NCBI GenBank assembly: GCA_043228905.1
Contig: JBHGNT010000009.1
Coordinates: 5,084,001 to 5,148,000 of the forward strand
DNA: 64,000 nt
Source of the DNA: Azolla caroliniana
Taxonomy: Eukaryota; Plantae; Polypodiophyta
Direction: 5' to 3'
The notes under the pieces: generated by a model
Databases searched by the model: none
Seen by the model: only the letters and a program-made list of their open reading frames with translations
What the model was told of the DNA's origin: nothing
Made by a program: the position numbers and the translations under genes
Shown here: positions 39,287-50,990 of the stretch, in pieces
How positions within the stretch are numbered: position 1 is the first letter of the stretch
Layout: each line of letters opens with the position of its first letter

Positions 39287-39364
39287 TTCTTCTTCTTCTT
39301 CTTCTTCTTCCCCTTCTTCTGGTTTTTTTCCTCTATAGTATTGGTTCCACTCATTCACCATCAT
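34939..39364 (-). CDS. HAK/KUP/KT potassium transporter, ~835 aa, 8 exons
   Basis: Exons 39364-39014, 38864-38642, 38312-38043, 37909-37859, 37549-37289, 36779-36727, 36497-36128, 35867-34939; 2508 nt, open. Motifs: [74 protein letters not shown]. Confidence 0.93.
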
Positions 39365-39699
39365 CTTCTTAATATTCTACTTCTTCTTCTTTCTTTCCAA
39401 ATGAATCTCAAAATCGATCAAGCAATAATACCACACCAACAGAAGAAACAAAAAAAAAGAAGAATAGAAAAAGGAAACAGAGACAAAGCCAGAAAAAGAG
39501 CGTGGTAGGATAAAGAGCGTGCGTTGATCGGGGATTTGTTTTGGGTTTTGCTTTTCCTCTGATTTTTGGGTGCTTTTTTGGGTTGCTTTTTTTTTTCCTA
39601 ATGTTTCTTTTTCTTTTTCTGTTCTAGAAACCATTAAGGAAAGAGTTCCAAAGAGTAGGGCATGGAATCTAATGGGTACATATGTGTTTACATGTGTAC

Positions 39700-39741
<42 letters not shown>

Positions 39742-39782
39742 TCCATCCATCCATCCATCCATCCATCCATCCATCCATCCAT
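39700..39782. repeat. Compound microsatellite (ATC)n-(ATCC)n upstream of HAK
   Basis: Direct reading of the sequence. Confidence 0.9.
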
Positions 39783-39829
39783 GGACATGGCTCTCACACA
39801 TAATGCCCACACTAACACTTCCTGATTCC

Positions 39830-40748
39830 CGCATTCATTATTGCATTGCATCAACTAGCAGCACCACCCGACACTTCCATCGCTACTACTTACGTCTAAT
39901 CCAACGTTGTGAATCCGACCCGCCTCCATATCATGATGCCACCTGTTATTCTGATTCCTTGTACACATTCATTGTGCCAACAAAGCACGAGACGTTGCTA
40001 CATTTCCAATCCAATGATATATGAATCAACTCGACTCACATGAATAACTGATCCCTGTATTCCCTTGTGTCAACAAGCATGAGATGATGTTGCTATGTTT
40101 AATCCATCCAACGATATGAATCGACTCGCGTGAATATCAATCATGATCCCTCCCCCATTATCTGATTCTTGTCATTCATTGTGTGGACAAGCACGAGACG
40201 TTACTACGTTGAATCCAACGACATGAATCGACTCGAGATATCAAACATGACCCCCCATTATCTGAGTATCATCATTCACTGTGTCAACAAGCACAAGATG
40301 TTGCTACGTTGAACCCAACAATATGAATTGACTTGTATGAATATCATGATGCCCATTATTTGATCATTGTCATTCATTGTGTCAACAAGCACGAGACGTT
40401 GCTACGTTGAATCCAACGACATGAATCGACTCATATGAATATCACAATGCCCATTATCTTATTGTTGTCATTCATTGTGTCAACAAGCACTAGACATCAT
40501 TAAGTTTAATCCAACGATATGAATTGACTCGCATGAACATCATGACCCCCATGATATGATTCTTGCCATTCATTGTGTCAACAAGCATGAGACATCACTA
40601 CGGTTAATCCAACAATATGAATAGACTCGTATGAATATCATGATGGTCATTATGTGATTATTGCATTCATTGCATCAACAAGCATGAAACGTCACTACAT
40701 TTAATCCAATGATATGAATCGACTTGCATGAATATCATGATGCCCATC
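39830..40748. repeat. ~98-bp tandem array, ~8-9 degenerate copies, upstream of HAK
   Basis: attcattgtgtcaacaagcacgagacgttgctacgttgaatccaacgacatgaatcgactc...; anchors at ~39979, 40071, 40186, 40285, 40383, 40481, 40579, 40676. Confidence 0.92.
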
Positions 40749-41007
40749 AAGATGCCTCGAACCCCCCCCCCCCCCCTCCCCCAAACCCCATAGGGCAATT
40801 AACCAACTTGCACATTGCAGGATGAATCTGCTATGTCTTCATTGAATCAAAACCAACTTCCTTGTAATTGAATCGCATGGATATCGTCCTATAGGGATGA
40901 CTTGGATCCATATCATTGCTAACTAAATTTTTTGCATTATAGCAAGAAGAAGTTGTCGTAGATTTGAACAACTTGTTCTATTGTTTTTAATCCTAACATT
41001 GGGCACA

Positions 41008-41048
<41 letters not shown>

Positions 41049-41136
41049 GCACACACACGCACACACACATACGTATGATGTTTTGGTCCGATGTTGAGAT
41101 TTTCACAATCAATCAATCCTTAATACTCATTCGTCA

Positions 41137-41330
41137 ATGGAGGGATATGCTCGTATCAAGTCATGTTTTATCACAAATGGGGTCAAGCAAAAATCCACTT
41201 GCACTGCACTAGTAAATATGTATGCCAAAATGTGGTAGTTTTATTGGTGCAATTGTTTCCTCCTTCCAAATTTGTAGAATGATGTGATTATTATCCAAGG
41301 ATATGCATGGTGCCATGAAGCTATTTAAAG
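41137..41330 (+). pseudogene. Degraded PLS-class PPR gene fragment
   Basis: tgcactgcactagtaaatatgtatgccaaa(a)tgtggtagt reads CTALVNMYAK-CGS with a frameshift, followed by IIQGYA..AMKLF-like remnants. Confidence 0.5.
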
Positions 41331-42364
41331 AACCATGCTACATGTAGCATTAGAAATTTAGTTTTTTTCCCAATAATTCCAAAATAAAAATGTGGTACAA
41401 TATGTCCTCATGTGTGTCATATTTTATCTAACCATTCCCTAATAATGGTGTTTTGGCTTTTTCATGCATTAGCAACATTTTGCATAAGGCTCCTTACCTA
41501 GATTCTGTTTAATGTGAAGGTTTGCGTCATCATTTTACCTTGCATCCTAAGGTACCGTCCTTTATGTATAGTGTTTCCATTAGTTATGTGATTTGGGACT
41601 TCCTTTCATGTGCACATGCCAAAACCAACACTTTCCACTTCACCGTGCACATTGCACACCATATTTGTCAAATTTTGCCCATGCATCCCAAGAATAAGGA
41701 TCCTTGTACCTGATATATTGTCCATACCAATAATTCACACATGAAGTTCTGTGAATGAACTTTTATATAGAGGAGTCACCTCTTGTCCATGAATTTGTTG
41801 TTGGTGTTGAATGAATACAAATTTCGAGAGTTATTTTTGTTCTTCAATGGCTCAATGCCAATTGGGTTCCTTCCAAGAATGGAAATTACAAATTGGAATC
41901 TTGGTAGCTCGAGAAAGATGAACAAACCTTTTCTTTTAATGGAGTTTCACACCATTAACAAGACCAAGAGCATCATGACATCGTACTCACAATTTCCCTA
42001 GTATAATTGCAATTAAAGACATGATCATAGCTCAATTTCAAAATGCCACATGTTGGCACAAGTAATTTCATTATTAATAATTGATGATATAAATCCTCTT
42101 GTAAATTGGGGGTTCTCTACAAAAGTAATACTCACAAAAATGACAAGAGTAGTTGAAAATACTACATGTTATTGAATATTGCCATTCCATTTATTAGATG
42201 TGGTATCTTATGTCAATAAGAGCGTCTTTGAGGTTATATCCTACACCAATGAGCATTACTTATAGAAGATAAGACATTCTCTTTATAATAAGAAATAGCA
42301 AGCATGATTGTGAAGCTTGAGTGTAATCCTTAGCCTCATAAACTTGTAGGTTTCCATGTTGCAC

Positions 42365-44436
42365 TCATCTCCCCTAAAAGGTAAACGAAAAAACAAGATT
42401 AATGTATAGTAATATGATGTACACATTAATGAGAAGTAGAAATTGCATTATATAATGTTTATTCATACCAATGACTTCCTCATATCTTCAATGATCAATG
42501 AAATATCAACTTTTGTGCTAGTGTATGCACCTAGCTCATTTAGTGCCTACGAGAGATCAAATGGTTAGTCGTAATATTTCTTCCAAAAGTTGTTGTATTA
42601 GATTCAGTTTACCTGAAGATATTCATGGATGTTGGAACTATCACTTACCACAAGCCATTGAAAAAGTCTGGGCCTCCTTTCGAATATATTATAATGGAAA
42701 AGTTCTTGTAGCAATATGTTGAACCGCTCTATGAATGGGACATACACAAAATCTACCTGTAACTCAAAATCAAATGTTTACACAAGTTAGTGTCCAAAAT
42801 ATATAGATCATGAAAATTTGAGTGTGTTGGCATATTCCTTCAATGTTGGATATATACCATGCTAATGGAACCCAAGAGGTAAGGTCCTTCGACACTAAAT
42901 CTTGCTAATGCAAGCTCAAGTTGTTCGAATAATGGGCCTACAAATGAGAAGAAACATACTAATATTTTATTGATCCATAAAATTAAAATTTTCCTTTCTT
43001 CTTAGAAAGTGTACTTTGTTGGTCATCTAGCAAAATACGAAATAATTGGGTTTAAAATTCAAGATCCGTGGGTCAGTAAAAATATAGACCATGAGGCAAG
43101 AGATGAACTCTAGATGTTCAAGAACTTTGCTAATGAATGTCATTGTGAGAGAAATTTGTGTAAGGATTTGGTTTGGAAGAACTCGTTCAAGGAAAATTAT
43201 ACATGGTCAATTACTCTCATCACTTGTGCCCCAACATCCTATTTCACATTGTAGTGAGTGCAAGCTAAGTCGCATGGAAGCAATTGTTCAGGTAGCAAAT
43301 AGTGGGATGGGCCCTAATAGGGATTGACATGTGCAGATTCCCTAATTGGCGAAGAACATGGTTTTGTAGTTAGGTGCAACATATGTAGTATATTGTGTGA
43401 AGCACGACCCTCCACATTTTCCCCATGTCATGATACATTGGCATAGCAAAAAGATTTCATTTACAAAGGAATCGATTGATGCATCATGAAGCAAGTGTGT
43501 TGCATCCCATCTTCCTAACCATTTCCCCTTATCTTGCATCTAACTAGAACACAAAATTTTGCTTTTATATGTCATTTGGATCTCTTTGCGTGTTTCCTAT
43601 GCGAGTCTTGGAAGTCAATGTGATGGGACTTTTTTGAACGTGGTGCTTGTATTGGACAACCCTTTCCATGGCCATGATCTCAATGGAAAGTGATCCCATC
43701 TCAAGTAGGAGAGTGTATAGCGTTTGTTTCTTGACTTAGAGAAACTTTGTAAGTAAATGCTTTTGGACATTTTTAAACTCCTTCCAAGTGGACTTAGGGA
43801 TACTATTGCCCCATTCTCCCACCCCATAGAGAAGCATTGGTTTCACCAAAATGTTGGAAAGATATTTCTTGAGAACCTAGTAGGCATCAATTTATTTCAT
43901 GTCTTATGGTTAGAATGGTTCAGAGGTGTAATGGATGTCGTTGATTGGAGTAAGACTATCTTCATTCAATTGGGGTTTTGCAATGTGGACAATAGTGGAA
44001 TGATGGCCCATTTCCAAATTAGTTTTGAGTTCATAAGGTATTGGGGACTATGGTTCAATTGGAATATGCGGAATGCCTTCGCTTTTGATTCACAAGTTTG
44101 GTGAGAAAATATGTTCCAAAATTGAAAGACTTCTTTTGTGGCAATTGATAGTGTTAGAGAAGTCATGAAATCTCAAACATGAAGAGAGGCAATTGTACAA
44201 GATGACATCCAATCATATTTGTAATCTAAAATGGTTTGTAGGTTGGGATTGAGTTTGCAGCATTTAGATCTCACGACCTCTACAATTTATGGTAAGTTGG
44301 TCATGGTGGTGTTTCTTTTGTAATGAAAGGCATTATTTACGAAGATAGATAGATATTTTTTAGTGTCCATAAAGAGGCCAATATTGACCCATAGGACCTA
44401 AGTACAAAAGTTATCTTGATGTGTGTCTCCTTCCTA

Positions 44437-44504
<68 letters not shown>

Positions 44505-47500
44505 CATCTTCCGAAGTAAAATATGACCTATGAGACAAAAAATATTACAATTCACGTGATACATGTGAAAGTGAGTAGTGACTCTCAATGTTCAAGAACA
44601 TTACCAATGAATGTTGCAATCGAGAGTGCACATTGTGATTGTGAGAGAAATTCGTGATTGAGCTTGGTCGAAGATATGTGGAAAGCATGGTTGAATATAA
44701 TCAAAGGCAGAACATTGTATCAAAGTGTGATACTCAAACTCTTGAACTTGTTTAGGGCAAAGTGTGCATAGTTGATCACTCTCATCACTTGTGCCCCAAT
44801 GCCCTATCTCACATTGCAATGCATGTGAGCTAAGTCGCATGGAACCAATGGTTCGAATGGCATATAACAAGATGGGCTCTAACATGTATCAATGTGTACG
44901 GTTTCAACGTTCGCGAAGAATATGGGTTTGTAGTTAGGTGCAACATGTGTAGTATAATGTGTGAAGCGTGAACCTCCACATTTGTCCCATGTCATGATAC
45001 ATTAGCGTTGTAAAAAGGCCTCATTTACAAAGAAATCTAGTGATGCACCATGAAGCAAGTGTGTTGCATCCCATCTACCAAACCATTTTTCCATATCTTG
45101 CATCCAATTGGAACATAAAATTTTGCTTTTATGCGTCTGTTGGATCTTTTTGCTTGTTTCTTATACGTTCCTAGAAAGTCGATGCAAGGGACTTTTTAGA
45201 ACCTTAAGCATGTATTCAACAACCTTTCTATGGCCCTGATCTCAATGGGAAGTGACCTTGTCTCAAGGAGGGTGTATGACATTTGTTTGTTAACTTGTAG
45301 AAACTTTGTAAGAAAATGTTTTCGGACATTTTCAAACTCTTTCCAAGTAGATTTATGGATGCTACCACCCAAAATACTTTTGCCCCATAGAGAAACACCT
45401 ATGTCACCAAAGTGTAGAAAAAGTATTTCTTGAGGACCCAACACTTAATATCTCCAAAATTGCATGTGTTCTCAAATGCATAATATGCTCCCCCCCCTTC
45501 TAAGTGGCGTGTAGGATATTCATTCCATCTATGACTTGAAGGAACTTTAAGGCCAAGATATTAGAAGCTTTCCACACAATCAAGTGGCTCATTATTATAC
45601 ATAATGCATGGTTTTTTTGGGGGCTCTTTACAAGCATAATCTCTTGTTTTAGGGTCGTTGACACTTAATTTAGTATGCACACAAAAATTTTCCAATGCCG
45701 TCATAAGCTTTTGTGCATCTATTTGCAAAAAGCACTAGATCATCCACATATAACAAAAGCATGAGAGAGATAGAGGGTCTTACCAATATTCTTATCCAAA
45801 TTTGATTTTCCTGAGTCCTTGCTTTTAAGAGAGAAAAATACTCGTTGATTCATAAGTTCTGCATTTCTAAGAAGTTCATTTGTAGCTTCCCATTTTGGTG
45901 ATACCTATATGAAAATATTGTCAATATAACTTTTTTGTTACACTTGGAGTTGGACCTACAAATTAAGTTGGAACATGTATTAAATAAAGAATAAATCATG
46001 GATAAGTCAGCCAAAGTTTTATTGTACTATGGATGATTTTCATAATGGTATCCAAAAAGGTATGAAATTAGATTTAGACATAAAGCATTACCTGTAAGGT
46101 ACATATGGAAAGTCATGACAAATTGAAGGAAAAATGTGTATATTGTTGATGTTAAGTTTGCACTAAAGTTTTTTCCCAAGGAATAACTTATAATTTTAGG
46201 AAAATTTCCTGACAACATTCGAAAATACTATATGTGTCTATCTCTTAGTATCTTATAGCATTATGATTTCTCTCATTATTGGGACACATCTCTTTCTCCC
46301 ACTTTGTCTTGTGTGTGTGTGTGTGTGTTAAAAGTAATGCATGCAAAATGTGCAAGGGCTTGTAGTGTATGTTGATGGCTACTTGAGTGGATGGTAGGAG
46401 GTTTATAAATTGATGACACAAAAATATGTATGGAGTGTATAGTGTACTACTTAAGATGTCTTGTATTAAACTAGGATGGAAAATGAAATCTAGATTTCTT
46501 TACATAATCCTTATGAGTATATGGAATCTCATTCATTATGATACCATCTAGTAATTCTAGTAAATAACCTCCTTCAAAGTTCTATTTTATATGATCATCA
46601 GTATTATTCATATAAATGTATTTGACATGAAATTATTCAACGGGTTTAAGAAGTTTGATAAGGTAATGGATGAGTTACCCGGAACTCAACTTGTTCTACT
46701 GACCTTATGCCTAGGAGGAAATCCCTTGCAATGCCTAGAAGAGGTGTATGGAAACATGAAAACACATCTACATCATGTTGAGACATCTATGAGAACTCCT
46801 TATAATGTTAATAGATATTGAAGCTTTATCGCAGAGTGAGAATTGTACACAAACAATTCATTCTGGATTTCCAAGATTGACTCCCATTTTTTGTAGTAAA
46901 AAATGGATATAACTTTAGCTCATAGAAAATTAACGTCTAAGAGAAAAGAAATGGTTTCTATTAGCAATATATATACTTGCAGAAATAATTTTGGCCCATT
47001 GAAATTGTTTTCCATATATTGTAGTATTTCGAGGCTTTCTACTATGACCCTTCCATTATGCTCCATTGCAGGAACCTGCTGAAAACAATGCAATAATCAA
47101 ACAATAGATTGTTGAGGTTTCGTGTGTTAAATTTATGGTCATTTGTTGGCAATGCTGAGAAAATTCATGAAAATATATTGAGACCTTCATAGTAGTAGAT
47201 ATTTTTTTCAGGTACCATTGTGGCTTGTCAATGAGATTGATTGGTATGAGTTCTATATTCTCCAAACCCTATTGCAATCATCAAGACAAGAGGATGCTTT
47301 CATGTACGGTGCCCGAAGGAAAGTTCCCACCATGAGACACACTTTTCTTTTACATAATAATATTATTGTGTTGATAACTCTCATCATTCCTTCTATGATT
47401 GCTATAAAGACAAAAAACAAATGTGACTGCACATCAAGGATTAGTAGGTAGTTACCTTGAAATTTCGAGCAATCCAAACTCGTTGAGAATATGGGCAAGT

Positions 47501-48844
47501 TAAGCTTATGTATAACCTACTTCACGAAATAAAGTAAATGATTGTTGGTATATCTAAACATTATACTATGAGACATGTACTTCTAGGAGTTTTGAAGTAA
47601 CTTCATATTTATGCCCATACATACATACATACATACATACATACATACATACATGCATGCATGCATACATATGTACATACATACATACATACATACATAC
47701 ATACATACATACATACATACATACACACATACAAAAATCTACACTACTGGCATTCTAGGGAGAGTTCCTTCATACTATGAGACACCTTGCTTATCATATG
47801 AGGCAACTTAGTTACCCTAGATATGTACAAGTTCCAATAGATATGTATGCATTAGTTCTCTATGAACAATACATACAACCAAATTTCTAGGCCAAATACA
47901 TAAGCACACAATGCTTTATAACTAGGGTTTGCTAGAGTGCTATTTTCGAGGTAAATTTTAACCATACAAGAAAGCACATATTGAATGAAGAAGCACACAC
48001 ATTGTACTAGCTAGAACACCATGAAAAAAATACATAACCACGAGATGTGCCATTTTTCATTGAGAAAAGTTTGTCAAAAGTGCATCAAGAGAAGGTGCAT
48101 TAATAGTTATAACTTATACAACGTAAAGTAATAACCTCAATTTGCTACAAGGTTATCGTGAAAAAGATTAAGGAAGGAGAAGATAATCTAGGGCAAAATG
48201 TCTAATCTTAGCCACATAACTTCATCACTTCACAAAAATAACGAAATGAAAAAATGTGTTCTCATATGGGATCACGATGTTACACATATACATGACCTAA
48301 GAGTGGATTTATAGAGCTAAGGTGAAAGGCTAGCGCCAATAGCAATGCAATTGCCAACTTGCACCATGTGTTTCCTAATGTTTTGCAACAACCAAGACGT
48401 TAGCAAACCTATAAAATAAGTGGAACTCCTATTGCTATCATCCCTTTACCTTAGAAGGTCAATTGTAATTCAACATAGGCTTATGCAACAAACAAAGAGC
48501 GTTTTACCATATAGTAAAACAAGACTAATTTAAAAGCATAGCGTTAAGGGTAAACAAAGACTTGTACTATCTTGATTAATATAGTTCTTTGGACCTCGGT
48601 GTTCCATTGAAGAGAGGCGGTGGTGGTGACTTGGAATTCAAAGGCAACAAATTGGGCTTGAATCTGCATGCATTCATGCAAAACATTTATCACTTACCTT
48701 AAAAGGACATGATAAATTGATCATTTCCTTGGACATTTACGCCAAAATTTAATTTCATGTCATTATATTTGCATACATTTAGGCATTTTTTAAATCAGCA
48801 TGTACTTACTTGTCTCTTAGTTCAATGATCTCCGATGTAGCCAT
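42365..48844 (-). CDS. GSTL: Lambda-class glutathione S-transferase (GSTL / In2-1-like), ~247 aa, 10 exons
   Basis: Exons 48844-48810, 48663-48595, 47516-47456, 47268-47185, 47075-46977, 45904-45784, 42937-42858, 42756-42649, 42546-42469, 42373-42365; all GT-AG, 744 nt, open. Protein: ...PPPLFNGTPRLYISLTCPYSQRVWIARNFKGLENIELIPINLIDKPQWY...KVPAMEHNGRVIVESLEILQY...GPYLLGSISMVDFVYVPFIERF...ALNELGAYTSTK. First and last exons are less certain. Confidence 0.88.
43080..43850 (-). mobile_element. 5'-truncated LINE (same family as 6550-11344) in GSTL intron 6
   Basis: Reverse complement matches the 10030-11300 region (WDATHLLHDA, FTQYTTYVAPNYKTMFFA, C-terminal region). Confidence 0.75.
44439..45762 (-). 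mobile_element. 5'-truncated LINE (same family) with (TC)31 at its 3' end, in GSTL intron 6
   Basis: MLLLYVDDLV at the 5' break; STWKEFENVRKHFL; RLSSHALQCEIGHW...CTLCP...EYHTLIQC. (GA)31 at 44439-44500 and (GA)4 at 45763-45770. Confidence 0.85.
47618..47730. repeat. (TACA)n microsatellite in GSTL intron 2
   Basis: Direct reading of the sequence. Confidence 0.9.
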
Positions 48845-50990
48845 CTTTTTCGTTGTTTTTCTTTTGGAAAAGCAATATCGACGTACACTTAAAAACAAAT
48901 AAACACATCAATGTTTGAGAGAGATGATAAAACCTTGCAATTTTGACTCATTATATGTTTGCACATAAGTACTACTTAGAAAACAAATTACACTCCAATA
49001 TGATGATCTAAATTGTGAATCACAACATGCCACGATGTGCATACGCCTATGTAATCTTTGTTATAAAGGAGTAAAAAATGACATTGACCAAGAGTTGTGA
49101 GCGTGGAAATTTTTACAATTCGCTTCACTCTGTTTTTCGCTCGAAGAAGATGACTAGCTTGTGATTTGAGAGGATTTCATGATTTTAAATACCTTATGGA
49201 ATCTCACCAAACCAAGACGCTTTGGAGCTTGGTACATTTATCGAGCATGTACCTAGTCCATTCTTGTCCTGTGTCAACTTGTTCCTTTATCCTTTGTTCA
49301 ATTGTGGGCCTACTTGCACTTCTTTTGGTTTCTAGAGAAATTCTTCTCTCTTTTCTTCTTTCGTGCATTCAGTAATGTTGTCCAATTGAGGTGATACTGT
49401 TAGTAAAGAATCAAGAAATCATTACATATTTTTTCTCATTCCATGTCATGAATGATTGCCCGATCTCTCATACATATTTCTTTATCCTTTGATTGGAAAG
49501 GAATTTAAAATTTCATGATGGTAATGGCAGGATAAAAAGGTGGCCTTGTTAAGGTTATATCGAAACAAGAATAACACTTTATAAATCACACTTTTAGGGT
49601 TTTAGAGTGACCATAAACAAGTACCCAATAGCATTATGAGTAGGATCAACTACGTTTTAGGCAAAACTAATTAACCACTCAAAAAAGAATTTTGTTTTGT
49701 TTTGTGAACTAAACAATTACCTTTCGAGTCTCGACAATTAATGTCAAGGTTTGATACAAGGGGGGCAGGTGAGGGGAGGGATGGTCATAAGTACAATAAC
49801 CTTAGCACGTGAATTCAAAGGAAGGTAAAATTTAATTCCGTTTTAACACATTGGTTTTACTATTAGAATAAGAAAAAGATTTCATTCAATCTACAGGAAA
49901 TCTATAAAGATAATTTTCTTCTTTAAATATGCCTTAAGCACTCGTCAATGCTTGTCATATAGTGCGTTTAGCACATAGTGACCCCAATACATGAGTGTCA
50001 TGTATGAGTGTACCTAGGTATGATGTGTACTTGTATAATTGTCCCAATAAGTGTTTCTACATGGCTATTGTTGAAATTCAATGCATAATTAATCATAGAC
50101 AATGATTCGTTTGTGAACAATATATTGTTAAGAAACAAAGAAACCTTAGAGAACAATAGTTATGGGCTATGCACTTGTCTGAATTTAAATTTTCACGAAA
50201 CATTGAATATTGAGAAACTTACAAAAAATGATGGCCACAAATAACTCCTAAACATGTAAACCCTAAACATTTTACAATGCATGCCGTTTGAGTTCGATAT
50301 TTAGGCCCCCATAAATCACCCAATATAGGGCATCAATTAAATACTCAACGAAATCTAAATGATGAGAACTTCTGGTGAATCAGCAATTGAGTCGATAAAC
50401 CCACAATATTTGTATTGCAATACATGTAAAATATATTCACTATACATTATGGTACATCAAATATATTGCATGTTCTTTAACTAGGAAAATGAAGCAACTT
50501 CAGTGAATAATTGAGGCCACTAAAATTAGGTTCCAAGCATGTGTGCCCTTGGATAGGGTGCCATCCAAGGGTACAAAGATAGGTTCAACAAGACTATGTC
50601 CAAGCAATGCTAATGATTGTATTTTGCATTTCAAAATAGTTAATTACTAGCATATAATATATTCTTAGCTTTTACATCTTATGCCACTATGCCATTACTC
50701 ATTGAATTACTCAACTATCTTAAAACCATGGACAATTTAATCAACATGGCAACCCATGTTCCTCTAATTCAAGCTGGTTGTGGCTTTTCTTGAAGGGGAA
50801 CTTGCACGAATAGGTCAATTGTTGCATTTTCTACCAAAAATTTGTGGTTTGATGGTTGACCTTGTTGCGCAACATATGAGACACATACACCATTCCTTTC
50901 AAAGCTTCCTCTCACTCAATCACATCACAAATATGGAACTCTAAAAGACTATGCCTCCTAGCTATGGTACATACCCCCTTTTGACATTCT

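Noticed and set aside
39830-40748. CRISPR-like array (also 30895-31465 and 61667-62510)
   Set aside because: Units are wholly repeated with no unique spacers, there are no cas genes, and the context is eukaryotic.
48664-48706. AG|GTAAGT (recursive splice site or micro-exon) in GSTL intron 1
   Set aside because: The remaining downstream intron would be only 34 nt, too short to be plausible.
15943-48844. Triterpene biosynthetic gene cluster around the oxidosqualene cyclase
   Set aside because: The OSC has primary-metabolism CAS signatures, and no P450, UGT or acyltransferase was found. Neighbours are functionally unrelated.
50542-50575. Helitron 3' hairpin (tgtgcccttggat...atccaagggtaca)
   Set aside because: No CTRR terminus at the expected distance and no 5' end identified.
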